Below are positions 1-9,183 of a stretch of 64,000 nt of DNA, in pieces. Position numbers and translations under genes: made by a program. Source of the stretch: Dehalococcoidia bacterium. Its GTDB lineage: Bacteria; Chloroflexota; Dehalococcoidia; Lucifugimonadales; GCA-2717565. The stretch lies in NCBI GenBank assembly GCA_009692865.1, contig SHYH01000001.1, positions 9,548-73,547 on the forward strand, given 5' to 3'. The notes below the pieces were generated by a model. The model was given only the letters and a program-made list of their open reading frames with translations. It was not told the DNA's origin and searched no databases. The number at the start of each line of letters is the position of its first letter. Position 1 is the stretch's first letter.

Positions 1-130
1 TAGATACGGGGCCTTCGGCCACCCCCTTCCTGGAAGGAAGGGGGTCGAGATTCTCTCTGGGGGATACCCCCAGACCCCCCACCAAAGGGACTTCGCCCCT
101 CTGGACTCCCCTTATTTCATCACCCTGTTA
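1..130 (+). mobile_element. Family-A MITE-like palindromic element, copy A1 (left part cut by window edge)
   Basis: Hairpins CCCCCTTCCTGGAAGGAAGGGGG and TCTGGGGGATACCCCCAGA, then right terminal inverted repeat TTTCATCACCCTGTTA. The final TTA (128-130) is the stop codon of the adjacent minus-strand gene. Confidence 0.75.
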
Positions 131-1015
131 GGCCGGGAAGATGGAGGAGACCACCTCTTCAATGCTGCGGTGCACCTGGTGATCGTCGGTGACGGCCCAC
201 GTCACCGCCACCTGGCACGCACGTCGTGGGGAGATCCCCTGGGCAATGAGCTTGCCCGCGTAGATGAGGAGACGGGTGCTAGCCCCCTCTTGAAGGCCGT
301 GGTCCCGCAGGTTACGGACCTTCTCGCCTACCTTGGCCAGGGCCATGGCCGCGTCTGCGTCCACGCCCGATTCGTGCTCGACGATCTTGGCCTCCAGCTC
401 CCGCGGCGGGTAGTCGAACTCGATGGAGACGAACCGCTGCCGGGTACTCTGCTTCAGGTCTTTGAGGGCGCTCTGGTAGCCGGGGTTGTAGGAGATCACC
501 AGAAGGAAATCCTCGTGGGCCTGGAGAAGAATGCCCTGCTTCTCAATGGGCAGGATCCTGCGGTGGTCGGTGAGGGGGTGGATGAGGACTGTGGTGTCCT
601 TGCGTGCCTCTACAATCTCGTCCAGGTAGCAGATGGCCCCCACCTTCACCGCCCGGGTCAGGGGGCCGTCGATCCAGCGAGTGCTATCGTGCTCCAGGAG
701 ATAGCGCCCCACCAGGTCGCTGGACGTCAGGTCTTCGTGGCAGGCGATGGTGATCAAGGCCAGCCGATTATCCAACAAGCCGTCCCCGTCCCCCGCCACT
801 CTAGCGCTGGAGTGGCGTAGGCGCCATGCCATGTACTCGATGAACCGCGTCTTGCCACAGCCCGTGGGCCCCTTGAAGAGAACGGGGAGTTTCTGGGCGT
901 AGGCAGCCTCGAACAGCTCAATCTCGTCCCCTATGGGAACGTAGAAGGGCTCTTCGGTGACCCCGAACTCCTCAATGAGATACTCTTTGTAGAGCTTCGT
1001 CGTCTGCCCTGTCAT
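128..1015 (-). CDS. CbbQ/NirQ/NorQ/GpvN-family MoxR-type AAA+ ATPase
   Basis: 295-aa ORF with Walker A GPTGCGKT and Walker B ICYLDEI. Overall similarity to the CbbQ/NorQ family recognised by eye. Confidence 0.85.
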   Translation of the reverse strand: MTGQTTKLYKEYLIEEFGVTEEPFYVPIGDEIELFEAAYAQKLPVLFKGPTGCGKTRFIEYMAWRLRHSSARVAGDGDGLLDNRLALITIACHEDLTSSDLVGRYLLEHDSTRWIDGPLTRAVKVGAICYLDEIVEARKDTTVLIHPLTDHRRILPIEKQGILLQAHEDFLLVISYNPGYQSALKDLKQSTRQRFVSIEFDYPPRELEAKIVEHESGVDADAAMALAKVGEKVRNLRDHGLQEGASTRLLIYAGKLIAQGISPRRACQVAVTWAVTDDHQVHRSIEEVVSSIFPA

Positions 1016-1022
1016 TTGCCTC

Positions 1023-1631
1023 CTATCCTAACCCCTTCCATGCTACCCGTGCCCCCCAGAGCTCTCGGAGTCGCGTGTGCAGTCGCTCCAAGTCTCCGTT
1101 GTTCTGAAGGACCACGTCGGCGTGATTGAGCCGCTCCGCCTGGGTCATCTGGGCATTGATGCGTCCCCGGATCTGCTCCTCGGTCAGGTTGTTGCGCTGC
1201 TGAAGACGCTGGACCACCTTGTCGGCGTCCGTCGTGGTCACCCACACCTCATCCACCAGGTCCTTCCACCCCGCCTCGATGAGGATGGCCGCCTCCACCA
1301 CCACGGCCTTGGCTTCCTTCACCCGCTGCTCCTGGATGATCTCGCTGATGCGCTGGCGGATCTTGGGGTGGGTAATGGCGTTCAGCTTCTCCAGGGCCTT
1401 GGGGTCGCTGAAGACGATGCCGCCCAGCTTCCTGCGATCCACCTCCCGGTTGGGCTGGAGGATGTCCCGCCCAAAGGCCGCCACTAACTCTTTCCACCCC
1501 TGGGTGTCGGGCAGGTAAACGCTGTGCCCTACCCTGTCGGCATCGATGAGAAAGGCGCCCAGGGATTCCAGGAAGCGTGACACCTCGCTCTTGCCGGTCC
1601 CTATGCCTCCGGTCACGCCAATTACAATCAT
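1023..1631 (-). CDS. coaE: Dephospho-CoA kinase
   Basis: N-terminal P-loop [12 protein letters not shown], 202 aa, typical CoaE length and layout. Confidence 0.9.
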   Translation of the reverse strand: MIVIGVTGGIGTGKSEVSRFLESLGAFLIDADRVGHSVYLPDTQGWKELVAAFGRDILQPNREVDRRKLGGIVFSDPKALEKLNAITHPKIRQRISEIIQEQRVKEAKAVVVEAAILIEAGWKDLVDEVWVTTTDADKVVQRLQQRNNLTEEQIRGRINAQMTQAERLNHADVVLQNNGDLERLHTRLRELWGARVAWKGLG

Positions 1632-1751
1632 AACGCTCCTCGAAGATGGACGTTCTCTGGGCCCTTGGCAACCCCTCTACGCCTCACAAGCCCATTTCCG
1701 CATTGTAACCATCGCAGGCAGGGGGGTCAAGACGGGCCTGGGAAGAGGTGC

Positions 1752-1875
1752 AAAGTCCCAGAACAGCCACCTGGGACGAGCAAAGGGTGAGAGTTGTTTG
1801 GGAAGGGCTTATGGGGAACCCTTTCTTACAAGAAAGGGTTCCCCATACCTCTCCTAAAGATCCTGCAACACCCAC
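1752..1875 (+). repeat. Family-D palindromic repeat, copy D1
   Basis: Central 32-nt palindrome GGGGAACCCTTTCTTaCAAGAAAGGGTTCCCC flanked by arms GAGAGTTGTTTGGGAAGGGC / CCTCTCCTAAAGATCC. Related copies at 46429, 57305, 58741 and 60295. Confidence 0.7.
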
Positions 1876-1966
1876 GCTGGCCACCGCCGATACCGGCCCA
1901 GCGGCGGAAGACCTTCCTGTACGTGGGTACAGGGCACGCCCTGCCATGTGGTAAAATGCTTCCGCT

Positions 1967-3382
1967 ATGGAAGAAACGAAAGCTCCACCAGCCCAGCTTC
2001 GGGGCCTGCCCAGCGTGGACCGGGTGCTGGCCCACCCAGCCCTCCAGCTTCTCCAACAGCACTACCAGCGGGAGATGGTGGTGGGCCTGGTGCGCCGGCA
2101 CCTGGATGACGTGCGCACAGCCCTGCGCCAGGAGGGAGGGCCTGTCCCCACGGTGGTAGAGGTCGCCCAAGCGGTGGCGCGTCGGGCCGCCGCGCGATGG
2201 CATCCCTCGCCTCAGAAGGTCATCAACGCCACAGGGGTCATCATCCACACCAACCTGGGGCGCGCTCCCCTGAGCGATGACGCCGTGGAGGCCATCCGCC
2301 AAACGGCGGGGGGCTACACCGACCTGGAACTGGACCTGGAGGAGGGGGGGCGCGGGTCTCGGCAGGCCCACGTGGAGGACCTCCTCTGCCAGTTAACCGG
2401 CGCCGAGGCTGCCCTCGTGGTGAACAACAACGCCTCGGCCGTGCTCCTGGGCCTGGCTGCCCTGGCGGCGGGCAAGGAGGTCATCGTCTCGCGGGGCGAG
2501 GCGGTGGAGATCGGCGGCGGCTTCCGCATCCCGGACGTGCTGCGCCAGAGCGGCGCAAGGCTGGTGGAGGTGGGCACCACCAACAGAACCTACGCCGCCG
2601 ACTACGAGGAGGCCATCACCGAGGACACGGCCGCTCTCCTACGAGTCCACACCAGCAACTTCCGCATCTCCGGCTTCACCCACAGCCCCACCACCGAGGA
2701 GCTGGTGGCTGTGGGCCAGCGCCACCGGGTCCCCGTCCTGCACGACCTTGGCAGCGGGTGTCTCCTGGACACGACCCAGTTCGGCCTGGCCTACGAGCCC
2801 ACATCCCAGGACAGTGTTCGAGCAGGCGTAGCAGCCGCCTTCTTCTCAGGCGACAAGCTCCTTGGGGGGCCCCAGGCGGGCATCGTGGTGGGCCAGGGGG
2901 AGTACATCCGCCGCCTGGCGCGCCATCCCCTGGCCCGGGCCGTCCGCATCGACAAGCTAAGCCTCGTGGCCCTGTCCGTCACCCTCATACACTACATCAA
3001 GGGAGAGTCGGTTCAGAAAGTGCCGGTGTGGAGGATGGTGGCCGCGACCGCCGCGGAGCTCCGGCGCACGGCCCGGCAGTGGGCCAAGCAGATAGGCCCC
3101 CGCGCTGGGGTGGCGGCTGGCCTCTCCACCATAGGGGGGGGAAGCCTTCCGGGGGAGACCCTCCCCACCTGGCTGGTTGCCATTGATACCGGCGAGACGC
3201 CCGGGGGCGCCGTGGCCCTAGCCGCCCGCTTGCGCGCCCAGGCGCCCGCCATCGTGGCCCGCATCGAAGAGGAGCGGGTGATGCTGGACCCCCGCACCGT
3301 GCAGCCAGACGAGGAGGTGGCCTTGCTTATTGGGGTGCGCGAAGCCTTGGCGGGGAGCGCCGCCCCAGGGAGGCAATCGTGA
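1967..3382 (+). CDS. selA: L-seryl-tRNA(Sec) selenium transferase
   Basis: 471 aa, N-terminal LPSVDRVL segment, PLP-lysine motif FSGDKLLGGPQAG. Confidence 0.9.
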   Translation: MEETKAPPAQLRGLPSVDRVLAHPALQLLQQHYQREMVVGLVRRHLDDVRTALRQEGGPVPTVVEVAQAVARRAAARWHPSPQKVINATGVIIHTNLGRAPLSDDAVEAIRQTAGGYTDLELDLEEGGRGSRQAHVEDLLCQLTGAEAALVVNNNASAVLLGLAALAAGKEVIVSRGEAVEIGGGFRIPDVLRQSGARLVEVGTTNRTYAADYEEAITEDTAALLRVHTSNFRISGFTHSPTTEELVAVGQRHRVPVLHDLGSGCLLDTTQFGLAYEPTSQDSVRAGVAAAFFSGDKLLGGPQAGIVVGQGEYIRRLARHPLARAVRIDKLSLVALSVTLIHYIKGESVQKVPVWRMVAATAAELRRTARQWAKQIGPRAGVAAGLSTIGGGSLPGETLPTWLVAIDTGETPGGAVALAARLRAQAPAIVARIEEERVMLDPRTVQPDEEVALLIGVREALAGSAAPGRQS

Positions 3383-4107
3383 CCGAGCCGGTGCAGGAGC
3401 CCCAGTTCCAGCGAGCCCTGGTCATCGCCGCCCACGAGGACGACGCCGAGTTCATGTGCGCCAGCACCGTGGCCCGCTGGGCCCGCCAAGGCAAGGAGAT
3501 CACCTACGTCCTTGCCACCAGCGGCGAACGCGGCAGCAGCGACCCGCTGATGACCCCCGAGCGCCTGGGCGCCATCCGCAGGGAGGAGCAGCGGGAGGCC
3601 TGCCGCATCCTGGGGGTGCGCCACCTGGAGTTCCTGGGCTACCCGGACCAGTACGTCCAGAACACCCTTGCCCTGCGGCAGGACATGGCGCGACAGATCC
3701 GCCGCTACCGCCCCGACCTCGTGGTCGTTGCCGACCCCACGCAGCGATGGTTCAGCAACGTGTACCTCAATCATCCGGACCACCGGGCGGTGGCCGACGC
3801 GGCCCTGGATGCGGTCTACCCCTCGGCCAGGGACTACCACGCCTTTCCCACCCTCATCGCCGAGGGGCTGATGCCCCACAAGACACGCTACGTGCTGGTG
3901 CAGACCACCCCCGACCAGGCCAACCTCTGGGTGGACATCACCGACACCCTGGAGGTGAAGCTGGCAGCGCTTCGAGCCCACTTCAGCCAGGTGGAGGCCG
4001 AGGCGATGCAGATCGAGGAGTTTGTGCGCGGCTACGGGCGGATGACCGCCGGCGAGCAGGGGATGGCCTACGCCGAGTGCTTCCGCCTTTTTGACCTGGA
4101 GCGTTGA
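3379..4107 (+). CDS. PIG-L/LmbE-family N-acetylglucosaminyl deacetylase
   Basis: AHEDDAEF and HPDH metal-binding motifs. GTGA start/stop overlap with selA. Confidence 0.8.
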   Translation: MTEPVQEPQFQRALVIAAHEDDAEFMCASTVARWARQGKEITYVLATSGERGSSDPLMTPERLGAIRREEQREACRILGVRHLEFLGYPDQYVQNTLALRQDMARQIRRYRPDLVVVADPTQRWFSNVYLNHPDHRAVADAALDAVYPSARDYHAFPTLIAEGLMPHKTRYVLVQTTPDQANLWVDITDTLEVKLAALRAHFSQVEAEAMQIEEFVRGYGRMTAGEQGMAYAECFRLFDLER

Positions 4108-4367
4108 GGCCCCAGCTTCTTAGGGTTCGCCTCTCCTGAGGCGCCCTTGCCCGCCTCCTGAGACCCTTGCGCAGACCAAGCTACACGCTCGACGCGCGTC
4201 GAGGCGGGCCTCATGTAGGTCCCCAGCTTGACGCCGAAGCCGGACATGAGCCGCTGGCCCTCTCCCTGGCACTGGGGGCAGATGGCCGCCGCGTCCCTCT
4301 GGTCAATGACCCGCCGCAGCTCAAAGGTGTGGTCGCAGCGGGAGCAACGGTACTCGTACTGGGGCAT
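4068..4367 (-). CDS. FmdB-family CxxC zinc-ribbon putative regulatory protein
   Basis: MPQYEYRCSRCDHTFE...CPQCQG motif. AGGAGG lies 8 nt upstream of the ATG at 4367. I trimmed the track ORF (4068..4598) to this internal start because its upstream part runs into repeat A2. Confidence 0.7.
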   Translation of the reverse strand: MPQYEYRCSRCDHTFELRRVIDQRDAAAICPQCQGEGQRLMSGFGVKLGTYMRPASTRVERVAWSAQGSQEAGKGASGEANPKKLGPQRSRSKRRKHSA

Positions 4368-4524
4368 CGCGATACCTCCTTCACCCGGGCCCTGAAGCCC
4401 TTTCTGATCCCCTATTGTAGGCAAGGGATGGGCTCCTCGGCAAGACCGCCTGCCCCCAATCAACCACCAGGCAGGCCCCTGCCCTATAATGAGTGGACTG
4501 TCTAGGTTATGGTTGCCTTGGCAA

Positions 4525-4723
4525 TCCAGAAAGGTGCTGAAAAAGGGGAATGCAAAGGGGCCAAGCCCCTTTGCCAGGGGTATAGAGGTGTCCCCCATGC
4601 TTAAGACCGCCCCCTTCCTTCCAGGAAGGGGGCTAGGGGGATGGTCGAAGGCCGACAGGCTCCGTATGCCAATCGGAGCCCCGCATCTATCGGGGGCCGA
4701 AGGGGTTTTGCATCACCCTGTTA
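4525..4723 (-). mobile_element. Family-A MITE-like element, copy A2 (reverse orientation, with extra hairpin module)
   Basis: Reverse-complement order of the A modules plus an inserted CCCCGATAGATGCGGGG-type module. Ends in CATCACCCTGTTA, 20 nt upstream of the ffh start. Confidence 0.7.
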
Positions 4724-4742
4724 GAACGCTGAGAGGATCACC

Positions 4743-6074
4743 GTGTTCGAGCTTCTCACCGACAAGCTCACCAACGTCTTCCGGAAGCTGAGCAACAAAG
4801 GCCGCCTCACCGAGAAGGACGTGGACGAGGCCCTTCGAGAGGTGCGCCTGGCGCTGCTCGAGGCCGACGTGAACTTCCGGGTGGTCCGGGACCTGGTCAA
4901 CCAGGTGCGGGAACGGGCCCTGGGCCAGGAGGTGCTCCGCAGCCTCACCCCAGGCCAGCAGATGGTGAAGATCGTCAACGAGCAGCTGACGGCCATCCTC
5001 AGCGGCGGCGCCCATCAGCTGGCGGCGGCATCCCAGAGCCCCTCGGTGATCATGATGGTGGGGCTCCAGGGCTCGGGCAAGACCACCACGGCCGCCAAGC
5101 TGGCCCTCCACCTGCGCCGGACGGGGCATCGAGCCTTGCTGGTGGCGGCGGACCTGCGCCGCCCTGCCGCCGTGGAGCAGTTGCTTACGCTGGGACGGCA
5201 GAGCGACATCTCCGTGTACGAGGAGGGCACCGCCTCCAACGTCGTCCAGGTGGCAAGGAACGGGGTGGAGAAGGCTAAGTTCTTGGGGCTCCCCTGGGCG
5301 ATCGTTGACACGGGAGGGCGGCTGCACATCGACGAGGAGCTGATGGTGGAGCTCCAGGAGATCAAGCAGGCCGTCTCGCCCGCGGAAGTACTTCTGGTGG
5401 TGGACGCCATGACGGGCCAGGACGCCGTCACCGCCGCCGCCGAGTTTCACCGCCGCCTGGGGTTGACAGGACTCATTCTCGCCAAGCTGGACGGCGATGC
5501 CCGCGGCGGGGCCGCCCTCTCCATCACCGCCGTCACCGGCATCCCCATCAAGTTCATCGGCGCCGGAGAGCGCGTCGAGGCCCTGGAGCCCTTCTACCCC
5601 GACCGCCTCGCCTCCCGCATCCTGGGCATGGGGGACGTCCTCTCCCTGGTGGAGAAGGCCCAGGAGGGCATCGAAGAGGAGGAGGCCAAGGCCCTGGAGA
5701 GGAAGATCCGCGAGGCCACCTTCAACCTGGAGGACTTCCTGGGCCAGTTGCAGCGGCTGAAGAAGATGGGCCCCCTCACGCAGCTCCTGGAGATGGTGCC
5801 TGGCTTCTCGGCTATGAAGCGCCAGGTCTCAGTGGAACAGGTGGACGAGGCGCGTCTGAAGCGGACCGAGGCCATCATCTACTCGATGACTCGTGAGGAG
5901 CGACGCAGGCCCGAGGCCATCAATGGCAGTCGGCGGCGGCGCATCGCCAAGGGGAGCGGCACCACGCCCCAGGAGGTGAACCAGCTCCTGAACCAGTTCG
6001 ACCAGATGCGGAAGATGATGCGACAGCTCACCACCGCCAAGGGGAAGCGCCGCCCGACGCAGTTGTTCCAGTAA
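4743..6074 (+). CDS. ffh: Signal recognition particle protein Ffh
   Basis: GTPase motifs [28 protein letters not shown]. Met-rich M domain. GTG start with GAGAGGA Shine-Dalgarno. Confidence 0.95.
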   Translation: MFELLTDKLTNVFRKLSNKGRLTEKDVDEALREVRLALLEADVNFRVVRDLVNQVRERALGQEVLRSLTPGQQMVKIVNEQLTAILSGGAHQLAAASQSPSVIMMVGLQGSGKTTTAAKLALHLRRTGHRALLVAADLRRPAAVEQLLTLGRQSDISVYEEGTASNVVQVARNGVEKAKFLGLPWAIVDTGGRLHIDEELMVELQEIKQAVSPAEVLLVVDAMTGQDAVTAAAEFHRRLGLTGLILAKLDGDARGGAALSITAVTGIPIKFIGAGERVEALEPFYPDRLASRILGMGDVLSLVEKAQEGIEEEEAKALERKIREATFNLEDFLGQLQRLKKMGPLTQLLEMVPGFSAMKRQVSVEQVDEARLKRTEAIIYSMTREERRRPEAINGSRRRRIAKGSGTTPQEVNQLLNQFDQMRKMMRQLTTAKGKRRPTQLFQ

Positions 6075-6095
6075 GGGCCACGGCACGGTTTTGGG

Positions 6096-6437
6096 GTGAG
6101 CGATGCGGCAGCGGTCAACGGGTCCGAGTACCGGATGCGTGAGGCACAGGTGGAAAAGCCAGGGCTGCTGAAGGAGTACCTCTCGCTGCCCATCAAGGGC
6201 AAGTTCCTCGTGCTGGCAAGGCTGTTCCGAGACCCCCGGGTGCCCCTGGGGGCGAAGCTGGTCCTTCCCCCAACCCTCCTCTACATCCTCATGCCCATTG
6301 ACATCATCCCCGACTTCATACCGGTCCTGGGCTACCTGGACGATCTGCTGGTGATCACCCTAGGCCTTGGCCTTTTTCTGCGACTGTGTCCCCATGAGCT
6401 GGTGCGGGAACATATCGAACGGTACCGAGGGGGCTGA
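6096..6437 (+). CDS. DUF1232 (YkvA-like) membrane protein
   Basis: LLYILMPIDIIPDFIPVLGYLDDLLV signature. Start uncertain (GTG 6096 or ATG 6135). Confidence 0.65.
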   Translation: MSDAAAVNGSEYRMREAQVEKPGLLKEYLSLPIKGKFLVLARLFRDPRVPLGAKLVLPPTLLYILMPIDIIPDFIPVLGYLDDLLVITLGLGLFLRLCPHELVREHIERYRGG

Positions 6438-6452
6438 ACCAGCGCCTTAGCC

Positions 6453-6530
6453 CTAGGCCAGCTCCTTCAGCGAGACCACCTGCCCCTCGCTGATCTCCAG
6501 ACTTTCCGCGTCTCCCAGGCCTACCCCAAG
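6453..6530 (-). pseudogene. C-terminal remnant of a second YfcE-like phosphoesterase copy
   Basis: Translation LGVGLGDAESLEISEGQVVSLKELA* parallels the C-terminus LGLGHVGILEISEGQVEARLVSLLELKGP* of the intact gene at 6938..7450. No upstream homology remains. Confidence 0.5.
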
Positions 6531-6937
6531 GCTGTCCTGAGCAGGACGTTGGCGCCTCCGCTCATCTCCCACCCATGCGCCTGCGGGCGACAAGGCCAGG
6601 CTTGGTGTATACTGCCGTAGAGTAGGTTGGCAGGGAGGCGACATGATGTCTCCGATCTCCAATCTAGCCATTGCCGCAGCTGAGGTGCGGGGGGTGCAAA
6701 GAGGACTGTGACCTGCCCTTCGCCGGAGGACCGAAGAGCTCCTCTCGCACTGGATGTGGCAGCAAGCCGTCTTGGCAAGGTACGGTGACGCGGAGGGGGA
6801 TTGATAGTCCCCGGCAGCCACCGGTGGTGGCTGTAAAGACAGAGCCTTGTAAGCAGTGGTTCTACAGGGGGTCTCGTTGAAGAGAGGCCCCTTTGTTTGG
6901 GCTGGACGCGAGCCCGGTGTTGGACAGCCAAGGGTGA

Positions 6938-7450
6938 CTAGGGCCCCTTCAGCTCCAGCAGCGAGACCAGCCGCGCCTCCACCTGCCCCTCGCTGATCTC
7001 CAGGATGCCCACGTGGCCCAGGCCCAGGTACATGTTGGGCCCAGGGCTGGTGGGGCTGCCGGGATTGATCATCACCACGCCATCCTCGCGCATGATCTCG
7101 GGCACGTGGGTGTCCCCGTACACCACCACGTCCACCCTGCCGTCGAAATAGCGACGTTCGAAATGCTCCAGCGGCGGGTTTGGGTAGGTGAAGACGTGGA
7201 GGACGGCCACCCGAAGTCCCCCAAGCTGGAAGATCTGGACGGGCTTCATGCGATGGTCCTCGAAATAGTCGTTATTCCCCGTGGCTGCGTAGACAGGAGC
7301 GATCTGCTCCAGCTCGTCCAGGGCCCGGGTGATCTGGATATCTCCCGCGTGCAGGATCATGTCCACGCCCTTGAAGGCCTGGGCCACCTGGGGAGGGATC
7401 ACCTTGGCGGTTATGGGGATATGGGTGTCGGCAATCAGGCCTATTTTCAC
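6938..7450 (-). CDS. YfcE/MJ0936-family metallophosphoesterase
   Basis: MKIGLIADTHIP, HAGD, GNND, GDTH motifs. 170 aa. Confidence 0.85.
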   Translation of the reverse strand: MKIGLIADTHIPITAKVIPPQVAQAFKGVDMILHAGDIQITRALDELEQIAPVYAATGNNDYFEDHRMKPVQIFQLGGLRVAVLHVFTYPNPPLEHFERRYFDGRVDVVVYGDTHVPEIMREDGVVMINPGSPTSPGPNMYLGLGHVGILEISEGQVEARLVSLLELKGP

Positions 7451-7482
7451 CTGGACCTAGCACCTGTGCCCTTCACAATGCG

Positions 7483-7630
7483 TCAGCAGGGTGATGAAAA
7501 GCCCCTTCGACCATCCCCCTTGCCCCCTTCCTGGCCAGAAAGGGGGGGGGAACTATATCCGGGGGTCACCCCCAGACCCCCGTCAAAGGGGCTTCGCCCC
7601 CCTGCACTTCCCATGTTCAACATCCTGTTA
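7483..7630 (+). mobile_element. Family-A MITE-like element, copy A3
   Basis: CAGCAGGGTGATGAAAA ... CCCCCTTCCTGGCCAGAAAGGGGG ... GGGGGTCACCCCCAGA ... GGGGCTTCGCCCC ... TTCAACATCCTGTTA. The last TTA (7628-7630) is the argB stop codon. Confidence 0.8.
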
Positions 7631-8410
7631 GCCCACCAAGGTCCCCTCGCCCTCCCCCTTCAAGGCCCGCAGGAGGGCGCCGGGGTTGCGGCCGTCCACG
7701 ATTCGGGTCACTGTTCCCACCTTTCCCGCTGTTAGCGCCGCCTCCATCTTGGGGATCATGCCACCCTGGACAACGCCTCCCTCCACAAGCTGGGCCGCCT
7801 GGCGAGGCAGAACCCGCCGGATGAGGCGGCGAGAGGTGTCCAGGATACCCTCAACGTCGGTCAGAAACACCAGGTGGCTGGCCTTCATGGCCGCGGCGAT
7901 CTCCCCAGCGGCGGTATCCGCGTTGAGGTTCAGCAACGCCCCACGCCTTCCGGGGTCATCGCCGCGGTAGATGGCTATGGGGGCCACCACAGGGACGTAC
8001 CCCTTTTGCAACAGCTCCTCCAGGGGTTGAGGGTTGACCCGTTCCACCTTGCCCACCAGGCCCAGGGCGTCGTCGAGGATGCTGGCCTCCAGGAGGCCGG
8101 CGTCCACACCACTGAGACCCACGGCCTTGCCTCCCAAACTCATCAGCGTCGCCACCAGGCCCTTGTTCACCAGCCCCCCGAGGACGGCGGTGACCACCTC
8201 CATGCTGGGGACGTCGGTGACCCGAAGGCCCCGAACAAAGCTGGGGCGCAGCCCCTGCTTCTGCATCCACGCGGTAATGAGCGCTCCGCCGCCGTGAACA
8301 ACGATGGTGGGAACACCCCGCTCCTGAAGGGCCACCACGTCCTGGAGGCAGGTGTCCTGGCTGCCCAGGGTGCTGCCCCCTATCTTGACCACCACGGTGC
8401 CTTCAGCCAT
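7628..8410 (-). CDS. argB: Acetylglutamate kinase
   Basis: VVVKIGGS amino-acid-kinase N-terminus and full-length similarity. The track ORF (to 8740) is over-extended through repeat B1. Start at ATG 8410, alternative at 8428. Confidence 0.9.
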   Translation of the reverse strand: MAEGTVVVKIGGSTLGSQDTCLQDVVALQERGVPTIVVHGGGALITAWMQKQGLRPSFVRGLRVTDVPSMEVVTAVLGGLVNKGLVATLMSLGGKAVGLSGVDAGLLEASILDDALGLVGKVERVNPQPLEELLQKGYVPVVAPIAIYRGDDPGRRGALLNLNADTAAGEIAAAMKASHLVFLTDVEGILDTSRRLIRRVLPRQAAQLVEGGVVQGGMIPKMEAALTAGKVGTVTRIVDGRNPGALLRALKGEGEGTLVG

Positions 8411-8475
8411 TGACGCAGTCTCTCCCATCCGTCCGGCATTGCCCCAAAAGTCGCATACAGGTATGCAAGTCTCGC

Positions 8476-8619
8476 TTGACGCTGCGGTTTCACCATCCCC
8501 CTGACCCCCTTCCTTCCAGGAAGGGGGATGTTTTAGATATGGGGGTGTCCCCCATATCCTCGTCATCCCGATGCCGCATCGGGATGAACTCCTCTTCTTC
8601 AGGACTTTTGGGGCAAAGC
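8476..8619 (+). repeat. Family-B palindromic repeat (A-related core), copy B1
   Basis: TTGACGCTGCGGTTTCACCATCCCCC + CCCCCTTCCTTCCAGGAAGGGGG + GATATGGGGGTGTCCCCCATATC + perfect hairpin CATCCCGATGccgCATCGGGATG. Near-identical framework at 24820..24963. Confidence 0.7.
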
Positions 8620-8757
8620 CCACACATCCTTCAAAAGGCAGAACACCATTATAGCCAAGACAGGCCCAAAGGTCTTCCCCAAGGACGGGCCAGGTCGAGA
8701 AAACAAAGGGGAGGCGCGAGCATCGCGCCTCCCCTGGCACTGATGACTACCCTTCAT

Positions 8758-9179
8758 CTAGCGAGCCTCCCACCGGACCATCGTGACCTCCGGCATCACG
8801 TCGTCGAAGACAGCCTTGACGTGCATCCCCACTTTGAGCTTGGAGTTGTCTGTGCCCACCACGTTGCCCACGATCCGGATGTTGGGCGCCTCCTCCTGGG
8901 TCACCTGGACAATGTTGTAGGGCACCAGGGGCAGAAAGACAGAAGTTCCCGGCTGGTGCACCACGATGAAGGTGTAGATGCTCCCCCGGCCACTGAGCTT
9001 CACCCACTCGAACTGCTCGCTGTAGCAGTTGGGGCAGGTCAACTGGGGTGGGGGCGGAACTGCTTGCACTCGGCACACCGCTGAATCACCAGCTCATGTC
9101 GCTTGGTGACGTCCCAAAAAGGCTTGTCGTCTTCTTCCGGTCGTGGGACGGGGGGCTTGGCCTGTGGCTGAGTTGTCAT
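8758..9179 (-). pseudogene. DUF35 OB-fold/zinc-ribbon acyl-CoA-associated protein, frameshifted
   Basis: ATG at 9179 reads MTTQPQAKPP...VIQRCAECKQFRPHPS*. The next frame continues PPPPQLTCPNCYSEQFEWVKLSG... The shift is in the C/G run at ~9045-9057. Total length of 422 nt is not divisible by 3. Confidence 0.7.
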
Positions 9180-9183
9180 GTCG

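Noticed and set aside
6530-6935. tmRNA, RNase P RNA, SRP RNA or a riboswitch in the large spacer near ffh
   Set aside because: I looked on both strands for GGGGxUGA...UUCGAC plus a GGUUCGAxUCC T-arm and an ...ALAA tag (tmRNA). I also looked for GGAAAGUCCGGGC / ACAGAAxCCGGCUUA (RNase P), GGUCCGGAAGGAAGCAGC (SRP) and B12, TPP, FMN and SAM core motifs. None was present. The region is left as unassigned.
7013-7735. ORFs reading through repeats (also 10621..11340, 11150..11596, 20109..20675, 22156..22575, the 36780 start and the 8410..9084 start) that share peptides such as HPPVPLPGQEGG and TPRPPSKGLRPS
   Set aside because: The shared peptides are simply translations of family A and B elements in various frames and orientations. 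They are not a protein family. The affected real genes were trimmed to starts or stops outside the repeats.
9040-9078. In-frame TGA in the DUF35 gene as selenocysteine recoding (selA is in the window)
   Set aside because: Downstream of the TGA the original frame gives nonsense (PAPTATASSSSG), whereas a 1-nt shift restores the conserved PPxxxCPNC zinc-ribbon. A frameshift explains it, not Sec.
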